From contig PSMU01000007.1 in assembly GCA_040290255.1 (NCBI GenBank), positions 1 to 53,144 on the forward strand: 53,144 nucleotides of DNA, read 5' to 3'. Of this stretch, positions 8,562-17,710 are shown piece by piece. How positions within the stretch are numbered: the stretch's first letter is position 1; every line of letters begins with the position of its first letter. Both the position numbers and the translations under genes were made by a program. The notes below the pieces were generated by a model. That model saw nothing but the letters and a program-made list of their open reading frames with translations, was not told the origin of the DNA and made no database searches. Source of the stretch: Nitrososphaerota archaeon (lineage in GTDB: Archaea; Thermoproteota; Nitrososphaeria; PSMU01).

Positions 8562-9338
8562 ATGCTCCCACACGCGCTCTCCTTGGGGCATAGGGCCTCG
8601 TTGGTGCAGCGGGGCAGGTGGCACTATGGCGCGGACTACATCGCCGTCTATTACCGCGTGAGCGCGCAACAGGCCAGGCGGCTGCTGCCCGAGCCCTTGG
8701 AGCCCAGGGAGGAGCTGGCCGTGGCCTACGTGACCGAGATCGTCTCCCTGAGCGAGGCTGATCCCGAGGCGCTGCACGAAAACCCAGCCGGGACGCTGTA
8801 TAGGGAGGCGGCCATAGGCCTCGGCTGCTCGTACGAGGGAAGGGAGGGAATTTACTTCCCCTGCATGTGGGTGGACAAGGATTGGTCCCTGGTCAGGGGC
8901 CTGCTCAACGGTTACCCCAAGAAGATGGCCGACGAGATCGCCATGAGCAAGCCCCATCCGCTAAACCCCCTGATAGGGCCCGCCAGGCCGGGGCTCCGGC
9001 TCTCCGGCTACTGCGTGAGGCAGGGCAGCAGGCTCCTATGGCTCAGGCTCACGCTGCGCAGGCAGGGCGGGGAGGCCGACCTCAGGAGGTTCGGCAGCGT
9101 CTTTGGGCTGAGGCTCTTCCCGGCCACACATCAGGAGCAGGCGGAGGTCAGGGAGCTCGTGGAAGTGCTCAGGGAGCCGGGCGGCGTCGCGAATGTGTGG
9201 GTGGGCGACGCGGAGCTCGAGCTGGGCGAGGCGAGGAACGAAGAGCTGCTTCCCCTTAGGCCGCGTGAGGTCCTTTATGGCGCCTGGTACAGCGCCGGCT
9301 TCACCATAGCGGGCGCCAGGGTGCTGAGGAGGCTCTAG
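8562..9338 (+). CDS. Acetoacetate decarboxylase family protein
   Basis: WHYG, LLPEPL, YREA, WVD.D...RG...GYPKK (Schiff-base Lys motif). Confidence 0.85.
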   Translation: MLPHALSLGHRASLVQRGRWHYGADYIAVYYRVSAQQARRLLPEPLEPREELAVAYVTEIVSLSEADPEALHENPAGTLYREAAIGLGCSYEGREGIYFPCMWVDKDWSLVRGLLNGYPKKMADEIAMSKPHPLNPLIGPARPGLRLSGYCVRQGSRLLWLRLTLRRQGGEADLRRFGSVFGLRLFPATHQEQAEVRELVEVLREPGGVANVWVGDAELELGEARNEELLPLRPREVLYGAWYSAGFTIAGARVLRRL

Positions 9339-9384
9339 CGCAATGGGAGCAGGGATATAAAGTAAGGGCGCTAAGCAGACGAGC

Positions 9385-10716
9385 GTGGGCTCTGGGCAGC
9401 GGCTCTACTGGGAGCCCTATGTGGAGCTGATGAGCCCGCGGGAGCTGAGGGCCCTGCAGCTCAAGAGGCTGCGCTACATATTGAGCTATGTCTACGAGAG
9501 GAGCGCCTTCTACAGGCGGCGCTTCAAGGAGCGCGGAGTGCATCCCAGCGACCTAGCGGCGCTCAGGGACCTGCGCAAGTTCCCCTTCACCACGAAGGAG
9601 GACCTCAGGCTGCACAGCTATCCTCACGGCGGCGACTTCCTGTGCGTGCCCCGGGAAGAGCTGATCTGTTGGCATATGACCTCGGGCACCACGGGAAAGC
9701 CCACCGTAGGAGCCTACACGTTGAGGGACCATGAGACCTGGATGAACCTCATGGCCAGGACGCTGGTGACGGCGGGCGTGAGGAAGGGGGACGTGCTGCT
9801 CAACATCTACGGCTACGGCCTCTTCACGGGTGGGCTGGGCTTTCACCAGAGCGCGCACCTGGTGGGCGCTGGCGTAATACCCTGGAGCGTGGGCCGCACG
9901 GAGGCCCTGCTCGACGTCCTCTCCGACTTCGGCGTGACGGTGATGACGGGCACGCCCTCGTATGAGCTGTACATCCTGGAGCTGCTCGGAAAGAGGGGTA
10001 TCGACCCAAGGCGCCTACCGCTCAGGATCACGATACCGGGCGCGGAGATGTGGACCGAGCAGCTCAGGAGGAGGCTCGAGGAGGGCTTTGGCCTTAAGGA
10101 GAAAGGAGGGGGGGCCAGGAACGTATATGGGGCCACCGAGCTGCTCGGCCCGGGCAGCGGGCAGGAGTGTGAGCAGGAGAACGGCTTCCACTTCTGGGTG
10201 GACCACTTCTACTTGGAGCTCGTAGATCCCGAGACCGGGGAGCCCGTGGGGCCGGGCGAGGAGGGCGAGATGGTGGTCACCACGATGACCAAGGAGGCAA
10301 TGCCGCTCATCAGATATAGGATGAGGGACATAACCCTGCTCGACGAGGAACCCTGTGCCTGCGGGCGGCGGGCCTTCCCGCGCTGCATGTGGATAAGGGG
10401 CAGGGTCGATGATGTGATACATTACAAAGGGGCCAAGGTCTGGCCCGAAGCGATCCAGAGGGCCCTGCTGAAGTTCCCCGAGGTGAAGGAGTATCAAGTG
10501 CTCGTGGACAGATCCCCCACGGCCGGGCGCTTCCTGATCAGGGTCGAGCTCCAGGAAGGCACCGATTCCCCCCAGCTCAGGGAGGAGGTGGCAAGGGAGC
10601 TCAGAAGAACGCTCATCTTCGTCAACCCCGAGCTCGAGTTCGTCAAGGAGGGGACGCTGCCCAGGTATGAGGGAAAGAGCAGGCGCGTGATCGTAAAGGA
10701 GGCGCAGCTGACATGA
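9385..10716 (+). CDS. paaK: Phenylacetate-CoA ligase family protein
   Basis: PFTTKEDLR, TSGTTGKP, YGLFTGGLGFH, GTPSY, MPLIRYR..D, GRVDD. Confidence 0.9.
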   Translation: MGSGQRLYWEPYVELMSPRELRALQLKRLRYILSYVYERSAFYRRRFKERGVHPSDLAALRDLRKFPFTTKEDLRLHSYPHGGDFLCVPREELICWHMTSGTTGKPTVGAYTLRDHETWMNLMARTLVTAGVRKGDVLLNIYGYGLFTGGLGFHQSAHLVGAGVIPWSVGRTEALLDVLSDFGVTVMTGTPSYELYILELLGKRGIDPRRLPLRITIPGAEMWTEQLRRRLEEGFGLKEKGGGARNVYGATELLGPGSGQECEQENGFHFWVDHFYLELVDPETGEPVGPGEEGEMVVTTMTKEAMPLIRYRMRDITLLDEEPCACGRRAFPRCMWIRGRVDDVIHYKGAKVWPEAIQRALLKFPEVKEYQVLVDRSPTAGRFLIRVELQEGTDSPQLREEVARELRRTLIFVNPELEFVKEGTLPRYEGKSRRVIVKEAQLT

Positions 10717-10889
10717 AAGGCCCCCTTGTGCTTGCGAGGCAGCTCGAGGAGCAGCTGCAGGCGCTCGAGCGCGCGGCGCTGCTCGCCAGGCAGGGCGGCC
10801 TCTATGGAGCTGAGAGGACGCTGCTACATGTCATGAGCCACATAAAGGCCCTGCTTGAGGCCCTAAGGCGCAGCGAAGCCAGGTTCTAG
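10713..10889 (+). CDS. Small helical hypothetical protein, 58 aa (not in ORF track)
   Basis: ATG overlaps the paaK stop (ATGA); MKGPLVLARQLEEQLQALERAALLARQGGLYGAERTLLHVMSHIKALLEALRRSEARF; fills the gap to the convergent gene exactly. Confidence 0.6.
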   Translation: MKGPLVLARQLEEQLQALERAALLARQGGLYGAERTLLHVMSHIKALLEALRRSEARF

Positions 10890-11320
10890 CGGTCCCTCCT
10901 CTCGAGCTTCTTGGTTAGCGGCTCGCCCGTCCGGAATGCCAGGCCCTGCAGCGTGGCCACGAGCTTGCCGGCCGCGTTCTTCACATCGATCCTGTAGAGC
11001 GCGGTCCTCTCGCCGAGGTGCTCCTCGCTCGCCTCGGCGATGAGCTCCTCCCCCTCGAAGGCCGGCCTGCGCAGCGCGATGTCCATGAAGAGGGCCAGGG
11101 CCCTCGTGCCATGCGAATTGCTCGCGCCGGCGAAGGCATAATCGGCGAGCGTGAAGATCGCCCCCGCCTGGGCCACGCCGTGAAAGTTGAGCATATCCGC
11201 CCTGACCCTCATGCGGGCCCTGCAGTAGCCCTGGCCCAGCTCCAGCAGCTCTATGCCGAAGCTCTTCGCGATCGGGTCCTCCTCTATGGTCCTCCTTACC
11301 TCACCGCCCGGCTTCGCCAT
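10886..11320 (-). CDS. paaI: PaaI-type hotdog thioesterase
   Basis: LNFHGVAQAGAIFTLAD.AF..ASNS; start at MAKPG, overlapping the upstream gene. Confidence 0.85.
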   Translation of the reverse strand: MAKPGGEVRRTIEEDPIAKSFGIELLELGQGYCRARMRVRADMLNFHGVAQAGAIFTLADYAFAGASNSHGTRALALFMDIALRRPAFEGEELIAEASEEHLGERTALYRIDVKNAAGKLVATLQGLAFRTGEPLTKKLERRDR

Positions 11321-11744
11321 CCCCGTCCTCCCCCCGCAAGTAGGGCTTAAGCTTCTCCACCCAGGCCTGTGGGAGCGGCACGGGCCTCCCGGCCTTATCC
11401 GCCAGCACATCCCTAACCTCCCCCTCCGCCACCCGCTTTCCTCCGGACCTCTTTACCCGGTGCCGATAGGTTATGCTGGTCCTGCCGATCCTCTTCAGCC
11501 ATGTCTCCACCACGAGCTCCTCATCGGGCCCCACGGGGGCCAAGTACCTGCAGCGCGCCTCCGCCGCCAGGAAGCGCAGGCCGCTCAGCTCCAGCTGCTG
11601 CGGGCCAAGCCCCAGCCCCCTGAGCAGCTCCGTCCTGGCCAGGTCGAAGTACACAAAGTAGTTGGCGTAGTACACCACGCCCAAGGCATCGGTCTCGTTC
11701 AGCCTTACCCTTAAGGCCAACGCATGCGGAGCCCGCTGGCCCAA
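11301..11744 (-). CDS. YbgC/4HBT-type acyl-CoA thioesterase
   Basis: RVR..ETDALGVVYYANYF.YFD.AR; TTG 11744 fits the shared TATA at 11764-73. Confidence 0.85.
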   Translation of the reverse strand: MGQRAPHALALRVRLNETDALGVVYYANYFVYFDLARTELLRGLGLGPQQLELSGLRFLAAEARCRYLAPVGPDEELVVETWLKRIGRTSITYRHRVKRSGGKRVAEGEVRDVLADKAGRPVPLPQAWVEKLKPYLRGEDGDGEAGR

Positions 11745-11775
11745 CGCATAAGGGCTGCGCGCCAATTTATTAACG

Positions 11776-12990
11776 ATGGTGCTCAGGCGCATGGAGCTGC
11801 CGCTCTTGGGGGTCAGGGTGCTCGACCTGACCAGGGCGATGGCGGGGCCCTTTTGCACCATGCTCTTGGGCGACCTGGGCGCCGACGTCATCAAGGTGGA
11901 GCCGCCCTGGGGCGACGAAACCAGAAGCTGGAGGCCCCCCGAGATGGCGGGGGAGGCGGCCTACTTTTTAAGCGTGAACAGGAACAAGAGGAGCCTGGCT
12001 CTGGACCTGCGAAGGGAGGAGGCCAGGGAGGTACTGAGGCGCCTGGCCGCGCGCAGCGACGTGCTCGTGGAGAACTTCAGGCCCGGCGTGGCCAAGGAGC
12101 TGGGCCTTTCCTATGACGAGCTCGCCCGGGGCAACGCGGGCCTCATCTACTGTTCTATCAGCGGCTTTGGCCAGCAGGGCCCCCTAAGGGATAGGCCAGG
12201 ATATGACCTGGTCGCCCTGGCCATGAGCGGGCTGATGGAGATCACGGGCGAGCCGGGGCGCCCGCCCGTTAAGTTCGGCGTGCCCATCGCCGATATAACC
12301 GCGGGCCTCTTCGCTGCCCTCTCGATCCTTTCCGCGCTGCTGCTCCGGGCCAAGACCGGCAGGGGCGCCTTCATAGACACCTCGCTCTTCGAGGCGCAGC
12401 TCGCGATCCTCACGCATCAGGCGATGCACTACTTCGCGACGGGCGAGGAGCCCTCCAGGATGGGCTCCGCGCATCCCAGCATAGCCCCCTATCAGGCCTT
12501 CAGGGCCCGCGACGGATACCTGATCCTCGCCGTGGGCAACGACAGGCTCTTCGCCAGGCTTGGCGAGGCCCTCGGCAGGCCGGAGCTGATCCGAGACCCA
12601 CGCTTCGCCACGAACGAGGCAAGGGTAAGGCATAGGGCCGAGCTGGCCGAGCTGCTGGAGCGGGAGCTGGCCAAGGCCGATGTGGCCTTTTGGGTCTCCA
12701 GGCTGGGGGCCGAGGGCGTGCCCTGCGCGCCCGTTAGAAAGGTCGGCGAGGCGCTCCGCGACGAGCACGTCAGGGCCAGGGGCCTGCTTCAGGAGGTTCA
12801 GGTGGAGGGGGCGCCCGTGCCCCAGCTGCTCTTCCCCGCGCTCTTCGATGGCGCCAGGCCGCCCGCAAGGCTCCCTCCTCCGAGGCTGGGCCAGCATACG
12901 GAACAGGTGCTGGAGGAGCTGGGCTATTCTAGGCACGAGATACAGCGGCTGTTGGAGCAAGGCGTGGCCTTCGCGCCCAAGAAAGGCTAA
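11776..12990 (+). CDS. Class III CoA-transferase (CaiB/BaiF)
   Basis: GVRVLDL...AGP....L.DLGADVIKVE, NRNKRS, ENFRPG, GYD, LGQHT. Confidence 0.95.
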   Translation: MVLRRMELPLLGVRVLDLTRAMAGPFCTMLLGDLGADVIKVEPPWGDETRSWRPPEMAGEAAYFLSVNRNKRSLALDLRREEAREVLRRLAARSDVLVENFRPGVAKELGLSYDELARGNAGLIYCSISGFGQQGPLRDRPGYDLVALAMSGLMEITGEPGRPPVKFGVPIADITAGLFAALSILSALLLRAKTGRGAFIDTSLFEAQLAILTHQAMHYFATGEEPSRMGSAHPSIAPYQAFRARDGYLILAVGNDRLFARLGEALGRPELIRDPRFATNEARVRHRAELAELLERELAKADVAFWVSRLGAEGVPCAPVRKVGEALRDEHVRARGLLQEVQVEGAPVPQLLFPALFDGARPPARLPPPRLGQHTEQVLEELGYSRHEIQRLLEQGVAFAPKKG

Positions 12991-13017
12991 AAGGCCTTCC
13001 CTGGCCAAGAGCCCTCG

Positions 13018-13545
13018 TTGAGCGAGCAGGAGAAGCTCAAGGCCGTCATGAGGCGCGTCCCGCAGGGCGTCACCGTGATCGCAACTTCCTACCTGGGCAG
13101 GCTATGGGGCCTCACCGTCAGCTCCTTCACCTCCCTCTCGCTGGAGCCGCCTCTGGCGCTCGCCTGCATCTCCAAGTCCTCCAAGGTGCATGGGCCGCTC
13201 ACCAGCGCGCCTTATTTCTGCGTGAACGTGCTGGCGGAGGACCAGGCGGAGCTCTCCGAGCTCTTCGCCGGGAGAAGGCAGGTACAGGGCGATAGGTTCT
13301 CCGAAGTGCGGTATAGGCTAACGGCGAGGGGGCTGCCGCTGCTGGAGGGAGCTCTGGCCTGGCTCGAGTGCGAAAGATGGGCGGTCTATGATGGGGGGGA
13401 CCACACGATCTTGGTGGGCCGCGTCCTCGACGGCGGGCTAGGGCCCGAGGGCAGGCCGCTGGTGTATTATGGGCGCAGGTACGCCGCGCTCTCCGAGCGC
13501 GAGGCCGCCCTGCTCTTCGCGGGGCCGGAGCTGGGCGAATGGTAG
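13018..13545 (+). CDS. hpaC: HpaC-type flavin reductase
   Basis: GVTVI, GLTVSSFTSLSLEPPL, GGDHTILVG, PLVY. Confidence 0.9.
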   Translation: MSEQEKLKAVMRRVPQGVTVIATSYLGRLWGLTVSSFTSLSLEPPLALACISKSSKVHGPLTSAPYFCVNVLAEDQAELSELFAGRRQVQGDRFSEVRYRLTARGLPLLEGALAWLECERWAVYDGGDHTILVGRVLDGGLGPEGRPLVYYGRRYAALSEREAALLFAGPELGEW

Positions 13546-13573
13546 CTTATTAAACGGCCCGTGATGAGGGCTT

Positions 13574-14413
13574 ATGGTCGCCATCAGGGATGAGAGGGTG
13601 GTCGTGAATGGGCTCAGGGTTCGGTACGTGGAGGCGGGCCAGGGCGAAGCCGTCCTCTGCCTTCACGGCAGCGGGCCGGGCGCCAGCGGGCTCAGCAACT
13701 ACAGGAGGACGTTGCAGGGGCTCTCCCATCGCTTCAGGCTGATCGCGCCCGACCTGCCCGGCTTCGGGCTGAGCGAGAGGCCCCTGATAAAGGAGCGCCG
13801 CGTCAAGTACTATGCGGACTTCGTCGTGGCCTTCATGGACGCGCTTGGGCTGGAGCGCGCAAGCCTCATCGGCAACTCGATGGGGGGAGGCGTGGCCTGT
13901 AAGGTCGCCATAGAGCGCCCGGAGCGCGTAAGGGCGCTGGTCCTCATGGGCCCCTCGGCGCTGGGCTACGAGGCGGCGCTCACGCCCACGCCCACCGAGG
14001 GGATTCGCGCCATGAGGGCCTTCTATGAGAAGCCTCCCACGAAGGAGAGGTTCCTTGAGCTGATGCGCCTGTTCGTCTATGACCCCTCATCCTTGGACGA
14101 GGAGCTGCTCGAGGAGAGGCTGCGCATCGCCCTCGACCCCTCCTTTATAGAGTTCTACCGCCATCTCCCCCCCAGTGAGGAGCTGACGCAGGAGCTGCAC
14201 AGGATAAGGGCGCCCACGCTGCTCATCTGGGGCAGCGATGATAGGTTCGTGCCGCTGGAGCACTGCCTGGTGCTCCTGAAGAAGATACCGGGCGCCGAGG
14301 CCCATATCTTCTCAAGGTGCGGCCACTGGGCGATGATAGAGAGGGCGGATGAATTTAACCGGCTCGTCGAAGAGTTTCTTACGAGGCCTACACGCCCAAG
14401 TACGCCTGCCTAA
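13574..14413 (+). CDS. Meta-cleavage product hydrolase (MhpC/BphD-like alpha/beta hydrolase)
   Basis: HGSGPGASG.SN, GNSMGG, WG.DD, CGHWA motifs. Confidence 0.9.
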   Translation: MVAIRDERVVVNGLRVRYVEAGQGEAVLCLHGSGPGASGLSNYRRTLQGLSHRFRLIAPDLPGFGLSERPLIKERRVKYYADFVVAFMDALGLERASLIGNSMGGGVACKVAIERPERVRALVLMGPSALGYEAALTPTPTEGIRAMRAFYEKPPTKERFLELMRLFVYDPSSLDEELLEERLRIALDPSFIEFYRHLPPSEELTQELHRIRAPTLLIWGSDDRFVPLEHCLVLLKKIPGAEAHIFSRCGHWAMIERADEFNRLVEEFLTRPTRPSTPA

Positions 14414-15089
14414 TGGCCTCATGCTCCAGCAGCTCCTTGCTCGTTCCGCTATAGGCCACCTTGCCCTTCTCCAAGACGTACAGCCTGTCACAGAGCGAAA
14501 GCGCTACGCGCACGTTCTGCTCGACGAGCAGCAGGCCCATCGCCTTGCTTCGCAGCCCCCCCAGGGCCTTCACGAGCTCCTTCACCACTAGGGGCGATAG
14601 GCCCGTCGAGGGCTCATCCAGCATCAGAAGACGGGGCCTAGACGCGAGCGCCCTGGCGATGGCCAGCATCTGCTGCTCGCCGCCGCTCAACGTGCCCGCC
14701 CTCTGGCGCAGCCTGCCCTTCAATGACGGAAAGAGCTCCAGCGCCAGCTCCGCATCGCCATCCTCGCCCCTAAGCGATGCCAACCGGGCGCCCAGCTTCA
14801 GATGCTCCTCCACGGTTAGGTAGGGGAAGAGCTCCCTCCCCTCGGGCACCAGCGCCACGCCCTTGCGCGCCAGCACATGGGCCGGCAGCCGGGTGACCCT
14901 CTCGCCCAGCAGCCAGACCTCCCCAGCATAGGGCTTCACGAGCCCCGCGATGCTCTTCAGCAGCGTCGTCTTGCCGGCTCCATTGGGCCCTATGATGCCC
15001 ACCAGCTCGCCTTGCCCCACTTCAAGGGAGATGTTCCAGAGCACCCTGATGCCAGAATAGCCGCCCGAGAGCCCATCGACCTTCAGCAA
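14388..15089 (-). CDS. livF: Branched-chain amino acid-type ABC ATPase
   Basis: GPNGAGKT, LSGGEQQMLAIARAL, DEPSTGL, EQN, AYLG. Confidence 0.9.
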   Translation of the reverse strand: MLKVDGLSGGYSGIRVLWNISLEVGQGELVGIIGPNGAGKTTLLKSIAGLVKPYAGEVWLLGERVTRLPAHVLARKGVALVPEGRELFPYLTVEEHLKLGARLASLRGEDGDAELALELFPSLKGRLRQRAGTLSGGEQQMLAIARALASRPRLLMLDEPSTGLSPLVVKELVKALGGLRSKAMGLLLVEQNVRVALSLCDRLYVLEKGKVAYSGTSKELLEHEAIRQAYLGV

Positions 15090-15139
15090 GGCCGCAGATG
15101 GGCCCTTGCTGCCGCTAAAAGCCTTCCGCCCGCGGCTGG

Positions 15140-15856
15140 CTACTCGCCTAGGTAGGCCCTCCTGACCTCCTCCTGCAGCGCCACCGCCTCGGGCCGGCCC
15201 TCCGCTATCTTCTTTCCTTCATGCATGACGACCACCCTCTCACAGAGGCCCAGGATGACCTTCATCACGTGTTCCACGAGCACCACGGCCGTTCCCTTTG
15301 AGCGCACGTCCCTTATGAGCTCCATGAACTCCGTTAGCTCGCTGGCCGTCAGGCCGGCGCTCACTTCATCCAGCAGCAGCAAAACCCCGCCGTGCGCCAA
15401 GGCCCTGCAGAGCTCCAGCTTCCTCAGCTCCACCAGGCTCAACGAGGACGGATGGGCGTCCGCCCTTGCGGCCAAGCCTACGAGCTCAAGCAGCTGGCGC
15501 GCCCTGCTCTTGGCCGCCTGCAGTCCGGGCCTGTCGAGCGCGTTGAGCGCGGCGAGCGTCACGTTCTGCAGTATCGTGAGGCTGTGAAAGGGTTGGGGGA
15601 TCTGGAAGGTCCTGGCAATGCCGAGGCGCGCACGCTCATGAGGCGGCAGGCGTGTAATGTCCCTCTCCAAGAAGAGGAGCTGGCCGCCATCGGGGCTCAG
15701 CAGGCCCGATATGACGTTCAGCAGCGTCGTCTTGCCGGCTCCATTGGGCCCTATGATGCCCACCAGCTCCCCCCTGTCCACCTCTAAGCTTACCCCGTCC
15801 AGCACCCTGAGCCCCCCAAAGGCCTTCGTAAGGTTAATCGCGCGGAGCAGCGCCAA
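15140..15856 (-). CDS. livG: Branched-chain amino acid-type ABC ATPase
   Basis: FGGL, GPNGAGKT, GIARTFQ, LLDE..AGL, VEH.M, AYLG. Confidence 0.9.
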   Translation of the reverse strand: MALLRAINLTKAFGGLRVLDGVSLEVDRGELVGIIGPNGAGKTTLLNVISGLLSPDGGQLLFLERDITRLPPHERARLGIARTFQIPQPFHSLTILQNVTLAALNALDRPGLQAAKSRARQLLELVGLAARADAHPSSLSLVELRKLELCRALAHGGVLLLLDEVSAGLTASELTEFMELIRDVRSKGTAVVLVEHVMKVILGLCERVVVMHEGKKIAEGRPEAVALQEEVRRAYLGE

Positions 15857-16820
15857 GCCTTACCCCCCCTCGCGGCGCGAGCCTGAGGGCCCAGCGGGCC
15901 ACAAGAGGATATAGGCCCGCCGGCGAGGATAGGATCACGAGGCCCAGCAGTAGGCCAAAGGTGGCCAGCGCCAGAAACCCGCCCAGGCTATTCCTGAGCA
16001 GCTCCGCCAGGGGTATAAGGAGAAGCGCGCCCGCCAAGGGCCCTTCCGCATATCTCATGCCTCCCACCACCGAGAGGAGCAGAGGCCATACGCTGTTCTC
16101 GAGGCCGAAGATCGATGGGTCCAGATATCTGACCAACGTGAGCCTGTTGAGTGCGCCCGCCAGCCCCGCCATATAACCCGAGAGGCCGAAGATAAGCGTC
16201 CTATACCTCTTCACATTAACCCCGACCGAGCTGGCCGCCGCTTCATTATCATGTATCGAGGATAGCGTGAGACCCAGGCCTGAGCCGAGGATGAGCCTCG
16301 TCAGCAGGTAGGTGGCCGTGACGAGGGCCGCGCTCAGCAGATAATAGTAGTGAAGCCCCGATGAGTAGCTCAGGCCAGGCAGCAGCGCCGGCGGGAAGAG
16401 CCCATAGGCCCCGTTCGTGAGCCAGGCGAGCTGGTCGGAGAGCGCGAGCGTCTGCGCGATCACCGAGAGCCCAAAGGTGTACATGCCCAAGAACCACTCC
16501 CTGAGCCTGGCGCCCAGCAGGCCCACCGCCAGGCCCAGGAGCCCGCTCAGCAAGGGGCCCACGAAGAGCGCCGGCAGGGGGCTCCCGAGGGGGCCCAGCG
16601 ATAACAACACCGAACTGTAGGCCCCCACGCCGAAGAAGAACGCATGGCCCAGCGAGACCTGGCCCGAGTAGGCCAGCAGCATCCACGAGTATGCGAAAAG
16701 CGCCATCTGAAGCGCGCCCGTCAGCGTCTGTAGTGCGTACTCATCCCTGGTGAGCTGGGAGAGCGCCAGCAAGATGGCGAGCAGCAGGAGCGTATATAGC
16801 GCCGATGGGCTGAGCCGCAT
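15834..16820 (-). CDS. livM: Branched-chain amino acid ABC permease
   Basis: GQVSLGHA.FFGVGAY, DNE.AA...GVN, VVGG...GP..GA. Confidence 0.9.
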   Translation of the reverse strand: MRLSPSALYTLLLLAILLALSQLTRDEYALQTLTGALQMALFAYSWMLLAYSGQVSLGHAFFFGVGAYSSVLLSLGPLGSPLPALFVGPLLSGLLGLAVGLLGARLREWFLGMYTFGLSVIAQTLALSDQLAWLTNGAYGLFPPALLPGLSYSSGLHYYYLLSAALVTATYLLTRLILGSGLGLTLSSIHDNEAAASSVGVNVKRYRTLIFGLSGYMAGLAGALNRLTLVRYLDPSIFGLENSVWPLLLSVVGGMRYAEGPLAGALLLIPLAELLRNSLGGFLALATFGLLLGLVILSSPAGLYPLVARWALRLAPRGGVRLGAAPRD

Positions 16821-16822
16821 CC

Positions 16823-17704
16823 CTAGGACCTCCCGCCGAGCAGCCCTGTGGGCCTCAGCGCGAGCACTAGGGTTAGCACTATGAAGGCCGAGGCATCCCT
16901 CCAGGCGGGGCCTAGGGCCGCGCTCGCTAGGTTCTCCGCTAAGGCCAGCAGCAGCGCGCCCAGCGCCGTGCCCTCCACGTTGCCCAACCCCGTCAGTATC
17001 ACTATGGCGAAGGCCTTCACCGCGAGCAGCGTGCCGGAATAGGGGTCGAAGGGCGTGATGATGCCGTAAAGCGAGCCGGCCACCGCCGCCAGCGCCACAC
17101 CCAGCATAAAGGCGGCGGCGCCGAGCGCCTCCGAGTTTATGCCCACGAGGAGCGCGCCCGTGGGGTTCTGGCTCAGGGCCCTCACGCTCAGGCCGGTCCT
17201 GCTCCTGTAGAGCCAGAGGTACAGCAGCGCTAGGCTCACCCAGGCGATGCCCAGCACCAGGATAAAGTCATAGGTGAGCATGAGCCCGCCGGCCAAGGCC
17301 AGCCCCTTGCCCGCGTAGGGGCTGGGTATCTGTGCGGCCTCCCTGTAGGTGGGGATGAAATAGGAGGCGAGCGCATTTTGTATGATGAGGATGAGGGCTA
17401 TGCTGACTAGGATCTCGTTCACCTTGGTCGTCCCTAGCAGCGGCCTGAAGGCCAGGCGATAGGCGGCGAGGCCCGCCAGGCTCACCGCGAGCGCCGTGAG
17501 CGGAAGCGAGAGATAGGGGTTGAGGCCCAGGCGCCCCGTCAGCACCAAGCTCAGCAGCGCGCCGGCCATCATGAACTCGCCCTGGGCAAAGTTGACGATC
17601 CTGAGGACGCCGAAGATCAGCGTCAGCCCCGTGGCGAGCAGCATATACACGCTGCCCGTGACGGCCGCCCAGAGTAAGAGCTGAAGAAGAAAAAGGGGCT
17701 CCAA
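16823..17704 (-). CDS. livH: Branched-chain amino acid ABC permease
   Basis: GLTLIFGV..IVNFAQG, RA.SQN...A.L.GIN, RPTGL.G. Confidence 0.9.
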   Translation of the reverse strand: MEPLFLLQLLLWAAVTGSVYMLLATGLTLIFGVLRIVNFAQGEFMMAGALLSLVLTGRLGLNPYLSLPLTALAVSLAGLAAYRLAFRPLLGTTKVNEILVSIALILIIQNALASYFIPTYREAAQIPSPYAGKGLALAGGLMLTYDFILVLGIAWVSLALLYLWLYRSRTGLSVRALSQNPTGALLVGINSEALGAAAFMLGVALAAVAGSLYGIITPFDPYSGTLLAVKAFAIVILTGLGNVEGTALGALLLALAENLASAALGPAWRDASAFIVLTLVLALRPTGLLGGRS

Positions 17705-17710
17705 GGCCCG

